A DNA stretch of 61,426 nucleotides, counting the filler. It is 12 parts of 12 records of this genome, joined end to end, with 100 filler letters (N's around TTAATTAATTAA, not from the genome) between each part and the next. Parts side by side here need not be neighbours in the genome. Positions count along the whole stretch, not along the records: positions 5,423 to 16,443 come from SRR7504441_17499; positions 16,544 to 20,190 come from SRR7504441_17512; positions 20,291 to 24,695 come from SRR7504441_17520; 9 more parts are not named here. The stretch is one strand, 5' to 3'. The translations under genes and the position numbers were made by a program. The stretch's first letter is position 1. Each line of letters starts with the position of its first letter. Shown here piece after piece: positions 8,839 to 21,467 of the stretch. The notes beneath the pieces are model-generated. The model made no database searches. It had not been told where the DNA came from and saw only the letters and a program-made list of their open reading frames with translations.

Positions 8839-11800
8839 ATGGCTCCGGACGATGAGGGCTGTGCGGCTGGCGAAGCTGGAGACACCCAGATGGAACCAGC
8901 CGCGGCGGCCGAGTTCAACAACACGTGCGTGGCGGCTCAGTCAGAGGGGCCGAGCCTGGACTGCTACCCGTACAGCTTTTCACCGCTGCTGCTGTTCGCC
9001 CAGGCCAGTTACTTTGACAAAGGTCACTCCAACTTCAACTCGGTGGCCGAGTTCTTCCGGCCGGTGGTCCGGCTGGACATGCTGCACAACGTGCTGTACG
9101 ACCGCAAGAACATGCTGTACGAGGAGCTGATCGAGCACGTGACCGCCAACAGAATGCTGGTCACCTGCTGCATCGACAGCCACTTCACGGCCTTCCAGAT
9201 CCTGCGGAACCGGGCACTGATATACTACGATCCTCTCAAGCCAAGCCTGTTGTATATCAGCAGTAGCGACAGCTACCGCAAGTTCGTGAGCTACATGCTG
9301 CTCAAGTGCGGGTATGCGGACAACCAGCATATACAGGAGAACAAGGACTACTACACCGGCTCAGACGCCAACGCTACCCGGCGAGAGCTTTACAGGCTCT
9401 GGCGAGAGATCAATAAACTGGAGCCCAACCAGGTCATGTACTCGATCAAGTCGAGCAACGTGCACCTCGGGCTGCAGCGGTACCTGCTGTTCAATAGCCC
9501 TAACGATCCGCGTGCTATGTCGACCCAGCAGACTGGAAGCACTTGCTACTTCCAGACATACCTGTTTGGGCTAATGTGCAAAGCGGGCGTGCCGTCCGTT
9601 GAGGGCAACCAGGTGCAGCTGCAGAACGAGGAGCGGCTGGACGAGATGAGTGTGGTGATCAGCAAATATCTGCTGCAGTTCTTCATGCAGCGCGGCCAGC
9701 CAGGGACTATGCGGCCGCTCTCCAACAGCAATCTAGTGATCGACTTCAGGCGGTACAAGGACGCCTGCTACTACAAGCTGTTCGCGCAGTACCTCAAGCA
9801 GCGCAACCTGAGCGTTCCAGACTACGAGCTTCAGTACCAGACCGTGTGTGAATGGTACGCTTCGGCGCGTACGCTCCACCAGTATGGCAAGTTTCAGCTG
9901 AGTGGGACAATGGCCTCCACGCTCAATTCCAAGTCGCTCCAGGCAGTCACCAGCACCGACGACGGCGGCTACAAGCTTGGGCTGCACAATTACTACAAGT
10001 ACCGGGCAGCTAACCTCATGTTTGGATTTAATACCGGAGTGACGCGAGAGCTTCGGAGCTTCTGCCAGTTCAATGCGCTCAGGAAGAACCAATTGCTGGC
10101 CTTCTACGAGGAGTTGCAGCCAATAGTGGGCGAGCGGCACGCTGCTGTGACAAACAAGTACCGGGATTATTATTTCATACCGCAGTTTGAGATTGGGCAG
10201 CAGGAGCTTGTAGACCTGCACCATTACACATACGAGATAGACCTGAACGCGATGCTCGCCGACAGGAACTCGAGCCTGCAAGACCGTCTGCTCGCCCAAC
10301 GCGTGCAGCAAGTCAATTCATTCCTATCGGACAAGATCTATTGGTCGACCCAGCGGACAGCTGACTACGATAAGTTCTTGTCCACTGTTGATTTCCAGAG
10401 CAACAAGGGCGGGCACTTTGACTTCTTCACAAGCAAGTTTATGAGCACCGAGTTCTTCCAGGCCTTTGCAGGGCTCGGTGAGTGCTCCACACTTGATCTG
10501 CTTTGTGGGCCTGATTTGCTGGTCAGGGCTGAGCGATATCAACTTGAAAGAGAAGGAGATCAACTCGCTCACTCAGACGGTGCGGCTAGCCTGGACAGTG
10601 CACCTGATCACAGCTGCAGGCGTTCTATTCTAACCAGATGATGATGAGGCAAGCATGGCGAATGGAGTATGAGTTTGAGAAGGAGTGCATCAACCAGATG
10701 GCGCGCTCCACTATCCGGAAGCACGCCTCTGCATTTGAGGGTAATCAGGACATGGATCTCAAGTACAGCATCAGTCTAAAGATCGGTCTCGGCTACACTT
10801 ACTCCAAGTAGAACTGATGCTAACCGGATCTGACCGTTGGACAGGTACAACACATTGATGCATTTCCTCAACGTAGCCGAGTGCTATTGGCAGAATCCGG
10901 ATCTCAACAGCATCCAGGCCACCCGCCACGCTCGCCTGAGTAGAGCTGGCTGGACAGGTCTTTGGTAAGGACATTCGGGTGCTGCTCACAATCTCGTGCC
11001 AGAAGATCTTCTTTGAGGAAGGACATACATACTATCACTACGGGCCGATCGAGCACCCTTCCGGTGTGTACAGTCGGCACGAGATGGACTTGCAAGTGGC
11101 CAGCTCCAGCGGCGAAGTTCCGCCTTACGTGAGTTCTGAGAAGCGAGGGGGCATGAACACACTTGTGGTGACTGACCGATGCTATGAATACAACTACCTG
11201 CGGGGGATCCTCATCGGGCTGTTTGAGCGCATCGGCGACGTCCGGTTCAAGACGGATGACATTGTGATGAATTTGTGTCTGCTCTCTCTAGTGCTGGACT
11301 TTGGTAGCCCGCTCTGGCTTCAAAAGGCTAAAGTGTACTCTTGCAGGCTTGACTGAGCAGTATGCGAGGCTGTTGAATCTCCCATCTCTCCAGAGCCTCA
11401 AGAGTGGCGACTTGCTCGATAAGAGGCAGCTGCAAGTCGAGGTGAGCAATTGGATCAACGAATTCGACAAGAAGAATAACACCGACTCGGTGACGCGCCT
11501 CAAAGTCGAAGAGCTTATTTTCGAAGTTTCATACAAGTTTATGGTGAACAAAAACTTTTCTGTGCATTCAGAAGAATTTAAACTGATACGTCAGCTGAAC
11601 GCTGATCCTGTGTATCACCAGTACGTGCTGCTTTGCAAGATCTACATTTCACTGTGCCAGATCAACAAGTCTGTTGAGGTGGACTACTACAAAATCCGGT
11701 GCAACAACGACTTCCAAGTGATCATACCGCAGAAGTTCAGCAAGAAGATCAGTAACTACCTTGATCAAGTCACAAAGCGTTATACTTTCTCTGAAAGCGA

Positions 11801-14800
11801 TGGAGTTATGATGTACGACGAGTTACAACTGTTTGATCTGCGATCCCAACAGCCAGAGATCGACCTCTACAAGATTCGCTTCGACTCGGCAACACCGGTG
11901 CAGTCTATGGTGAAGTATATTGAGATATCAAATGTGTTTCGTGCCTACGACTCCGAGGAGCAGTTCCTTGTTTTCATTGCGGACAATGCTCTGCTCATTG
12001 ATGTTGGGGACGACAACAGCGTGACCATTCGCATTAACAAGATTGTCATCGAAATTGCAACAGTCTTCTTCAATGAAGCGATCTCGTTTGTTCCTTGCTT
12101 CAGCTATGCTGACAGTGAGGATGTGATCTTGTTTACCTCGCGTAATATACATTATCTTGTTGACAAATCTGGCCAGTTCAACGAAAATTACTATGGGATG
12201 AAGCATGAGCTCATTGAGAATATCCTCTCGGAGCAAGTATTCGTAGATCTCAACGACGAGCATGTTTTCAAATCTTTCAAGCTGTCCGAGCTGCTCACCG
12301 AGTCCAAGACTGTGATCTACTATCCAGATTACCTGCTTCAGGTTCACAGCCAGCAGCAGCTTATCAACTTGCTCGACTTGGCCATCTACATTCGCAACAT
12401 CTCGTTTTTCATCCTGGTGCTCTTTTACCTGCGCCGCGCCTCTGTCAGGTTGGATTACACTGAGAAGGACAGAAAAGTGACCAAGATTACTGGCCCTTGG
12501 AAACATGCAATCCTGTACGTCTTGAACAAGCAGCACAACCCGCACTACGACCAGATCTTTGAGCGACAATTCTTTGACCTTAACCAGTACGAGCATATGC
12601 CACTGCGAGAATTCATCGAACAGCTCTGCGAAAACTTTACTCATTACCAGCGTTTCACGGACGGACAGTACCAGATCATCCCCACACAAAAACAGAAGAA
12701 CTTCTTGGAGCGCATCATTACCGCTGAGGAGTGCTTCTACTTCTCGGAAGTCGGGTCAGGCAAGACCAAGGTGATACTCCCACTGTTGTGCCAGACCTTC
12801 CTCTCAAACAATATCGAGGCGCACGCGCAGCTTGCACGTGGTGGCAAGCCAAAGCACGTTCTCGTTATCCTTGTTCCCGAGCATCTTGTGCCAGATGCTC
12901 GAACACAGGTGTATCGGTACTGCCTCAATCTGAATTTTCGAGAGGAATACCGCATCTATGACGGTAGCCCTAGATCAATTAGGTGGCATGAGCCTGACGT
13001 TGTGTTTGGATGGCAGATATCTTTTCGCTGCTGCATGACGATGTCCAGCTGCGGGCTGCACCGGCTGCAAGCAAGAGGGGTTACAGCGGTTCCTCCACAC
13101 CTCGCCCGCCGATGAAGCAAATATTCATTACCTCCTTCAACCAATTCAAGAAAGCCCTCACTTATGATCATATATGTGCCAAGGTCCAGCCGTACCGTGA
13201 GCGGATTCTTGTGGTCGTGGATGAAGTCGACGACTTCCTTGATCGTGATAAGCTCGTCTTCAATATTTGCAGCAACAAGAACAACGATTTCCAGAAGCAC
13301 ATTCTTGAGCTCTACTTCCATGTGAGCCGAGCTGTCTATTATGGAGAGATGCCGTCGTCTGAATTGCTAGCCTCAGCAAACAATCCTGCTTACTGGGAGG
13401 AGCTCTATGAAAAATTTGTGGCCATCCACGCCGAGATCCAGGAGAAGTCGAAGTCTATCAACAAGAGCTTTGGGATTTTTAATGAGAAGACCCTACGTCA
13501 CTGCTCTACGAATATTGCTCACGATGTTGAGGGTTACAAATCGTTAATTGCACGTCCTTACGAGTCCGTGAATCGAGCGATGCCAGGTTCGTATTATAGC
13601 GACGTTGAACGCACGATATATCTCACATTCTACATCTTGATGGAAGATGTTGCAAAATACGACGACCTGTTCCAGCAAGAACGCAAGTTCATCAATTTCG
13701 AGTTTTTCACGGAGCACGTGCGTACGGTCGTGCCAACCAGCCCACGCCCAACGACGCCATCGAGCCCACCAGGCTCACACAGCCCACGAAGCCCCCCAAT
13801 GTCGCCTGGAAATCCACCGTTGGATTACGACGACCTGGTCTATGGCAGTATCCCGCTCTCTGCGTTGATGCAAAAGCACCCAGAAACAAAGGACGGGCTC
13901 ACTCGCTTCTTGTATGAAATCATCCTGAGGCGAATGGAGATTCGTGACAAGTCTCGCTCTGTCAACTCTATTGACATCGTCTTCAACTTTGACTGCATTG
14001 GTTTCACCGGAACGCCCTTCATTGACAATTATCCGACTTTTAGCTACATCCAAAACCAGCGCGAGGACCAGATCCCAGACTTGATTGACCGCAGCTTTTA
14101 TGTCTATGCCAACGAGGAGCTCCCCGACGCCGAATTCGAAGACCGCTTCCAGCGCTTTCAAGGCAAGAACAGTAATGTGCTTGTCGAATATGTGCCTTCG
14201 GATTTCATCCAGGCTGCCACTGATGAGTTGGCCATCCTTGCACAGATCTTCGACAGAGAAAGCCAAAGCGCGGGACAGATACCAATGCAGACTGAGACAG
14301 CTGGGGAACAAGCTCAGGAGAGCGTGGAGGAAGGCTTGGTGAGAATAAAATTGGCTGGGAGCGATCAACACGTTCAGCAGTCTTCTGGGTTCAACGCCCT
14401 TGTAGATCTGTGTGGCATCTTTAAAAAGACAACGATTCACGAGGTCCGTGACCTGGTATTGAAGCAATTTGGTCCGGACCGTTTCCATTACATCTATCAT
14501 ATTGATCAGAGCGACTGCAGTGATCGTGTGCTTTATCTCAACTCAAATAACGATGTCCAGTTTGATGAGGAATTTTACAAGTTTTTGTGCAAAACTTATG
14601 GGGCTGGACTGCGAGACAAGGTCTTTTTCTTCATCGACAATCGTAACGTCATTGGCAAAGACATTCCATTCCAGCTGGTCTATCAGCGCCACTTTCACCA
14701 GCCGCTGTTTTTCAAGAGTGTAGTACTTGCTCATGATGTCGAAGACTTCAGCAAGATCTGGCAAGCGATGGGTCGTTCACGGACCATGAACGAGACGCTC

Positions 14801-16218
14801 TTCACCATTTATAAGAGCGAAATTGAAGATGCAGTGAGCCAGGGTGTGCAAGACATCAAGAAGATCCCACTCACGAGGCGGCTCTACGTCCACAACTGCG
14901 ATTGCAGGATGGCTGGTAACATGTCCTCTATCTATCAAACACTCATCTCGCTATTCAACCTGTCGCAAGACCGGCTCTACTACACTGACGAGATCATCAA
15001 CGTGTTCCTCGAGAAGATGGAGATGACCATTTCAGCGAAGGTTCAAAAGCACGAACAAAACATTGGGACCATGATATTTGGCAACCCTGTGCCTTCTGGT
15101 ATTCTTCAGCACATTCTCCGGGATAAGTTTGCCAAAAGCTCGCATCCCGCGGTGTCCTCGGAGCAGCTCACCCCAGCAGTGGCACAGGCATTGCTTCATC
15201 ACATAGTCCAGCAGAAATTCGAGCAGCGCAAGCCGACTGGTGATATATACGATGATTTCCTGCTGTTTCTCTCTGGTGAGCAGCAAAGTCTGATGGAGAT
15301 CAGCTACACCAAGCAAAAGGCAAAGACGAGGGTACGGGAGGCAAAGAAAGATAAAGACAGCGATTCCATGGAGGCTTTTGACAAGAAGTATCAGCTGAAT
15401 ATGCACCAAGAGACCAATAATTACTTTCAGTACACCCTTTCTCCTGAGAGTGACTTTTCCAAGGTGTCACTCAATCTGCCGATTCCGGTGCCAGTCTTCA
15501 AGCTCGCGTATGTGTTGGACAGCAAGTTGCACTATATCAATGTGTACCCGACAGTGCAGTTCCTTTACTCCCACCATATTCAGCAGGAATACATCACTCC
15601 AGAGGTGAAGCAGATCGCAGGCAGCTCACATCCAGAGGTGTCGAGTTTGTACGCGGGATTCTTGGCAGCCATCGAGCAGATCAAAGACCAAGGTGAGCCT
15701 CCTGCCAATGCTGCGCTGTTTGCACTGACAACTTACCTGTTTCAGATGAGAGCCCAGTGATGGTGACGCACCCAACTCAGTTGGACGATACGACAACACA
15801 GCTCGGCATGGAGGTGTTGGTGAACCACGTCCGTCAGGGCCCACAATATACGCTCGCTGCTCTCTCGCAGGGTAAGTATATCATCGGTATGAAAGACCAA
15901 TTCAACATTCATGACCTGCAGACTTATCCTCTCAAGGAGCACATCGAATACATTTCCGACGAGATGGGGTTCATCCTCTTTGATAAGACTGGCCAGGACA
16001 CAAAAAGCGTCGATAGCTTTGGGCCATACTTTATCGAGCAATATATATTGATGGAGGTTCTCTCCAAACAAGAGGTGGCCCAGAATGTTCTGGACTATTA
16101 TGTGCACCACAAAGCCAAGCTCGAGCAAGGGCTTGCTCGATACGATGAAACGCAAGGCAAAGGATTCATTTGTTGGCGGTTCATCAACTCAGAAGCCATG
16201 CATCGCCTGAAACTATGA
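8839..16218 (+). CDS. Giant (~2,354 aa) protein: N-terminal CE-clan/Ulp1-like cysteine protease plus SF2-helicase-like (DUF3638-type) P-loop domain
   Basis: Introns 10478-10526, 10580-10619, 10808-10844, 10918-10957 (GC-AG), 11304-11346, 12964-13016 and 15693-15745 join the ORF fragments into one 7065-nt frame. Motifs SHF/YYDP/QQTGSTC and EVGSGKT, VVDEVD, GFTGT, QAMGRSR. Confidence 0.8.
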
Positions 16219-16677
16219 TTCGAGCTCGACATTAGATAAATACTTCAATGTACTCGTGAGTAAGACTTAGTACTCGGGGAAATAATTCGAGTTGCTTGTT
16301 ACAATAAGACGACGTCCAGTAGTCGTGCTCGTGCTCGAGTTCTTAACTTGTAACTTACTCGCAATCTACACAATGACGACGTTATGCTGATGACGTCGAG
16401 TGTCCGTCAAGTGCTAAGAATCATTAAGACTTTATGTAACTTTNNNNNNNNNNNNNNNNNNNNNNNNNNNNNNNNNNNNNNNNNNNNTTAATTAATTAAN
16501 NNNNNNNNNNNNNNNNNNNNNNNNNNNNNNNNNNNNNNNNNNNGGTGCAATACTGAGTATTTGGCCCACTATGGTCGTGCTAGAGACATGCAAGACACTG
16601 CGAGGACGCCGGAAGAGGTCATCCGTTCCTTCCTCTTAAAGTACTTGGATTATTAAACGTAATCATATGAAGAACCA

Positions 16678-17836
16678 CTATCGTGATCTCGGATCGTAGC
16701 TTACCCCACCCATGAATGTACGAGGGTCTGGACATTGACCCGAGAACTCGGCGCCCGAAAAATCGAAGTGTGGGTTCTGCCGGACATGCATATCAGTTGA
16801 GGGTAAGTCCCCCCATCTTTGGGTGGTTTTGAGAACAGGAAGCATGTCTGGGCACACCTCTTCTTGGAACCGTTCCCGCATAATCTGCTTCTGTACTTCC
16901 TGCAGACCTGGGGAGTCAGAATAATTCTGATAACTCATAATCCGACCTGCATGCTAAACGGGTCCATCTGGTCGTGGCCCACAAAGCATGCTGTCCAGGT
17001 TTCTGCCTTGCTCATCTTGAGCAGAGTGAAATGGATCTCGCCATCCTCTGCACCCAGGCCTCGGTTCAGCCTATCGATCACAGACAGCCTCGATGAACAT
17101 ACCCATTGTCCAAAAGCTCTCGTCGGTTTTGACCTTCTGTGGAAAGTCGTGCTGCAGACCACGGTGAGTTCAGGTTTGCGAGGGCGGATACTCACATTGA
17201 AATACTTCTCAGGAACCCCTTTGATGCCCATTGTCAAATGAAGAGGCTCGATCAAGCAGTCGATCATTGCCGCCCTGTACCACCGGCCTCACCGCCCGTT
17301 GGTCAGCTCGGAGGCGCACCTGACTCCGGGCGGCGGGGTGACCCATATGTGGATTTCTGTCAGGTTTTGCTCCCACTCGTACACCACGTGGCCTGCCACT
17401 CGCTCATCTGACGCTGCCCCGCTGAGTTCTGCCACCGTTGTGCGTGTACTGCTTGCGCATCTTTTTTATGTCTCCAACGTTACTGCCACCGGAGGGGTCG
17501 AGGGGCCGGCTGCGGTTCGGCACCCGACTTGCGATACGCCCAGTTTGGCTTGCATCTCGGGGTCGAGTGTGGCCGGGTCAATCTGCCAGCATTCGCTCCA
17601 TCATTGGGCGCGGCCGTAGTACCTGCTGCATTCCAGGCTGCGGGCCCTCGGCCTTGACGGGCTGTCAGCAGCCGGCGTGATCGGGGTCCGGCGGGCAGCA
17701 GCACCTTGACGGGAGGAGCGTACGGGAACTGAACTTGTTGCTCGGCGCTAGCGCTGTGCGGCTCATCCTGTTCGGCAGCTGCTGGGGCTTCCTCCTCGTC
17801 CGAGTCCACGATGTTGTCGAACTTGGAGTAATCCAT
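16678..17836 (-). CDS. NudC/CS-domain co-chaperone (NUDCD2-like), multi-exon
   Basis: Spliced YEWEQNLTEIHIWV...; C-terminus QIMRERFQEE|NPHFDFSGAEFSGQCPDP; N-terminus MDYSKFDNI. Confidence 0.85.
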
Positions 17837-18008
17837 CGTGAGTCAGCGCGGCCGCCCCGGTGGAAGTCTCCTGTACTTGGTACTGTACTCCGTAGCTAGC
17901 TTTATTACTACTGTACAGTACTTGTAAATACTGTAGTCTAGATCTATTTAGTACTGTATTATTACGCCGTACAAGTACCGGGTGTACTGACACAGCGCGC
18001 CCTCCGGC

Positions 18009-18325
18009 ATGGAAGCGGCCTCAGATGCTGAGATGGCCCGGCGGCTCCAGCACGAGGAGATGCAGCGCCAGCGGGGGGGTCACCACATGCCTGGCGCCGA
18101 CTTTGGTGGTCATCCAGAGCTCGGGGGCGATTTTGGAGGTCCCTCCCTGTGTGGCTTTTGGGCTGAAGCTTGTGCTCTCCCAGGCGAGAGAGTGGCGTTC
18201 AACGAAAAGGAGCTGGTGGACCACGGCTTCTACAACGGTGCGTGCCGACCTGTTCCAGACCTGTGCATTCCCCCATGACCCCCCGACCAGATTTCGCCGA
18301 TGACTTCGACGACGAGGACCTGTGA
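18009..18325 (+). CDS. COPS9: COP9 signalosome acidic peptide (COPS9/CSNAP-like)
   Basis: Removing intron 18238-18290 gives the C-terminus AFNEKELVDHGFYNDFADDFDDEDL*, resembling the CSNAP tail ([22 protein letters not shown]); a further in-frame 45-nt intron is likely. Confidence 0.7.
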
Positions 18326-18736
18326 GCCGTGGGGACCGGGCTCAGTCAACTCACAACGTCGCCACCGACCCCTGTGTAACAGTCAGCTGAATGCGCTGTC
18401 GTAGAGTTGCTGTCACACGGGCGTGTACTGAAGCGCGTGAGTTTGGGACACCTGGACCGTGCAAAAGTGAAAAATAGGTATCGTTTGTGTACTCGAAGTA
18501 CTCGTAGACTTTGAATAGATATCATACGTAGTCGCTCAGCCAATCACTTGGGCCAGAGCTCAATGTTCGAAATTTAATTTGCGATGTACAGTGACGAGAC
18601 GAAGGAACCTTCGAATTCACCTTCCAAGTACGAGTTAGATCTACTATGACCACTCGGAGTTGCCGGCCGTAGTGCAGGCTCGGCACTCATTGATGTGAGT
18701 TAGAGGCTGTATCTTTCGCATGATAAGCCATTTGGC

Positions 18737-20146
18737 TCATTGTGCTAATGCTTGATCAAATAGATCTTGGCACTGCCTCATCGCATCCCCCGAGAATCTG
18801 ACACGTTCTACTTCCGAGGGCAGGTCTCCAGCACTTGCCCAGCGTGGATTGAGGGCTTGAACTTGATCGAATTGCACTCCATAAACCACTCGCTTGATCC
18901 CATACAAACAAATGGCACCCTGTCAGCATCAGCGTAAATGGCTGGGAAGGAATACAGGCTCACCCAACACAGCATGTCGGGCTCAGCTGTGGTGTAGAGC
19001 ACACAGTCGGACAAATCTATTGATGTGTCGGCTGGCTCACGATTACACTTCTCGAGCGCAACCATGACATCACGCCACATCGGGCCCTGACGAACGGTCA
19101 CGTACTACCACGGACTGAAAAGCACCAGGAAGAGCTCTTCATTGTAATAGCCAGTGGCGAGCACATTTCCAGTCGATTCTTGCAATCTGCCGCCTTTGAT
19201 CAGAAGGCAGCCCGACCCACTGGACACAGAATACAACCAAACGGCATCCGGGGGCTCTTAGCAGCTTGCGCAACCGCCTGACGCATGCCTGCCGGTGCTG
19301 TGACAGGTCGCAGCGGTGGGACTCTCACAGTCCTCTTCGAAAGCGTGCGACATGAATGTCCCGACCCGGAAAAGCACAGTCTTTCCGTTTATCCAGGAGT
19401 ATGAATTGTCCTGGCCGGGATAGATCGGTCGCGGCACTCCCTGGGGGGTTCTCACCCAGATCAGTACCAGATGGCCAGGCTGGGTCGCGGTAGCTTCACC
19501 ATCGTATGACTGGCCCAAGCACTCAAGCTTGCCACTAGTCTGACAGCACCTGCTGATCTGCCTGACATCGCTCCATGGATACGTCGTCGCCACCGATCGG
19601 GTCGCCGGACGGGTCACACCACTGAATCTGCCAACCGCACCCTCTCACGGCTCCTGCACTTGATTGAGCACAGGCCCGCACCCCGAACCCGATATCTTGC
19701 GAGAGCGAGCGGAACGTCCAGGTGACTGTCAGCCCAGGGTGCACTCTCACCAGCTGGGTGTGCTTGGACGAGGCTTCGATGAATACCTCTGTCTCTTCCG
19801 CGAGGACCGCTGTGGGCCCGACCGCGGAGCTGCCCATCTGTTAGGGCTCGCACCACTGTGGATCACCTGGGAGTGGTGCATTGTGTCACTACTTCTGGGT
19901 GCATTGTGTCGGCTGGTGTGGTGCTGGAAGGCTGCGGATCGGCTGGTGGCTGGGACAGCTGCTCTGGGGCCGGCGGGTTCGCCTCAGCTCGCTGCCGCCT
20001 GAAATCCTGGTACTCTTGAGCCTCCAGTACTTTTTGCTGTGCGGCCTGCAACACACACATGACTTATCGTGGACGTGGTCGTGCCATGGCTAGCCACGCA
20101 CTTCCTTGGCCTCCTTCCGTGCCCTGCGGACGCTACCCTTCGGCAT
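18737..20146 (-). CDS. GOLD domain plus TadA/guanine-deaminase-fold (degenerate) protein, multi-exon
   Basis: GOLD: VTWTFRSLSQDIGFGV...LVLIW|DNSYSWINGKTVLFRV. Deaminase fold: EDCMRQAVAQA..PFGCIL...LSDCVLYTTAEPDMLCW|GAICLYGIKRVVYG. Confidence 0.75.
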
Positions 20147-20290
20147 GACCTACACTCCTCCACTAAACTTGATAGCAGTTAATTGCTTTANNNNNNNNNN
20201 NNNNNNNNNNNNNNNNNNNNNNNNNNNNNNNNNNTTAATTAATTAANNNNNNNNNNNNNNNNNNNNNNNNNNNNNNNNNNNNNNNNNNNN

Positions 20291-21388
20291 ATGGACGACG
20301 GGGTCCTTTCGCGGTTCCTGGCCCAGCCGGGCGGCGTGTGCATCCTGGACGGCGGCTTTGGCACCGCCTTGGGTGGCGGCGAGGCCCAGAAGGACGTGCT
20401 CTGGGGCACTCAGCAGATCATGACCCCGGCCGGGCGGGAGGACGTGAAGGCGGTCCACCGCCGGTTCGTCCTGGCCGGGGCGGAGGTTCTGGGCACCTGC
20501 TCCTACAAGCTGTCGCGACAGATGCTCGAGCAGCACCGGTTCTGGACGGACCCTCACCCGTGCGCCCCGGCGGGGCTCAAGACCCGCGAGCAGCAGAGCG
20601 AGTATGTAGAGCAGCTATTGAGAGATTCCGTCTCAATCTGCCGCCAAGTGATCGACGAGCACGCCCCGGCCGGCCGGCCCAAGCCGCTGGTGGCTGCAGC
20701 GGTCGGACCGGCCTCGGAGGTCTTCCCGTTCAATGGTGTGACGGATACCTCCAGCTCGTTGCCCGGCGGTGAGGCGGGCCGGGCGCTGTTTTGCGAGTAC
20801 TACCGGGAAAAGCTGCCGCCGCTGGCCGGTGCGGATATCATCGCGCTGGAGACACTGCCAGGGCTAGCCGAGGCCGAGATCGCGCTGGACGCTTTGGAGG
20901 AGCTTGTTCCTGGGGCAAAGTGCTGGGTGTCGTTCATATGCAGGGAGCCCGCCTGCACGATAGACGGGTCAGACCTGGCCGAATGCGTCCGCCGGGTGGA
21001 GCGGCGGGCGAGCGTGCTGGCGGTGGGGGTGAACTGCATCGCGCCGGAGCTGGCAGTTCCGTTGGTGGAGCTTGTGGCGTCGCAGACTAGCAAGCCGGTG
21101 CTGGTGTACCCAAACTCCGGTGAGCACTGGGACGCCAGTCAAGGCAAGCGCGAGTGGCACGTGTGCGCCGGCGACGACGGGCACCACCACCCGCTTCGGG
21201 TGCTGGACGGCAGCGACGCGCTGGCCTACCGCAGAGCGGGCGCTTCATTGATCGGAGGCTGCTGCAGAGTGAACGACGGCCAAATAAGGCAATTCCGGGC
21301 GGCACTCAAGCCGGAACGTCGCGAGCTGCCAGCGCAGCGGTGGGGTGATCGATTCTTGCTGCCCAGTGCGTTGCGTGGGCGGCTCTAA
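20291..21388 (+). CDS. Homocysteine S-methyltransferase (MmuM/HMT family)
   Basis: ILDGGFGT, IALETLP, VGVNC, VYPNSGE..W, LIGGCCR; begins at the contig edge, so the 5' end is uncertain. Confidence 0.92.
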   Translation: MDDGVLSRFLAQPGGVCILDGGFGTALGGGEAQKDVLWGTQQIMTPAGREDVKAVHRRFVLAGAEVLGTCSYKLSRQMLEQHRFWTDPHPCAPAGLKTREQQSEYVEQLLRDSVSICRQVIDEHAPAGRPKPLVAAAVGPASEVFPFNGVTDTSSSLPGGEAGRALFCEYYREKLPPLAGADIIALETLPGLAEAEIALDALEELVPGAKCWVSFICREPACTIDGSDLAECVRRVERRASVLAVGVNCIAPELAVPLVELVASQTSKPVLVYPNSGEHWDASQGKREWHVCAGDDGHHHPLRVLDGSDALAYRRAGASLIGGCCRVNDGQIRQFRAALKPERRELPAQRWGDRFLLPSALRGRL

Positions 21389-21467
21389 TAGGCTCTAAGC
21401 GAGTAGACAGTAGATCCGAGTATAAATGGTAGATCGTATAATTCAACCGTTTGGCTCACTTTTAATC

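Noticed and set aside
10478-15760. Frame breaks in the giant gene as pseudogenisation, programmed frameshifting or stop-codon reassignment
   Set aside because: Each break is resolved by a 37-53-nt intron and the spliced length is an exact multiple of three; TAA, TAG and TGA all act as normal stops elsewhere.
18798-18838. Apparent perfect GCAAGT...CAG intron in the deaminase-like gene
   Set aside because: After removing the upstream 44-nt GT-AG intron the frame reads straight through this segment to TGA at 18737, so no intron is needed.
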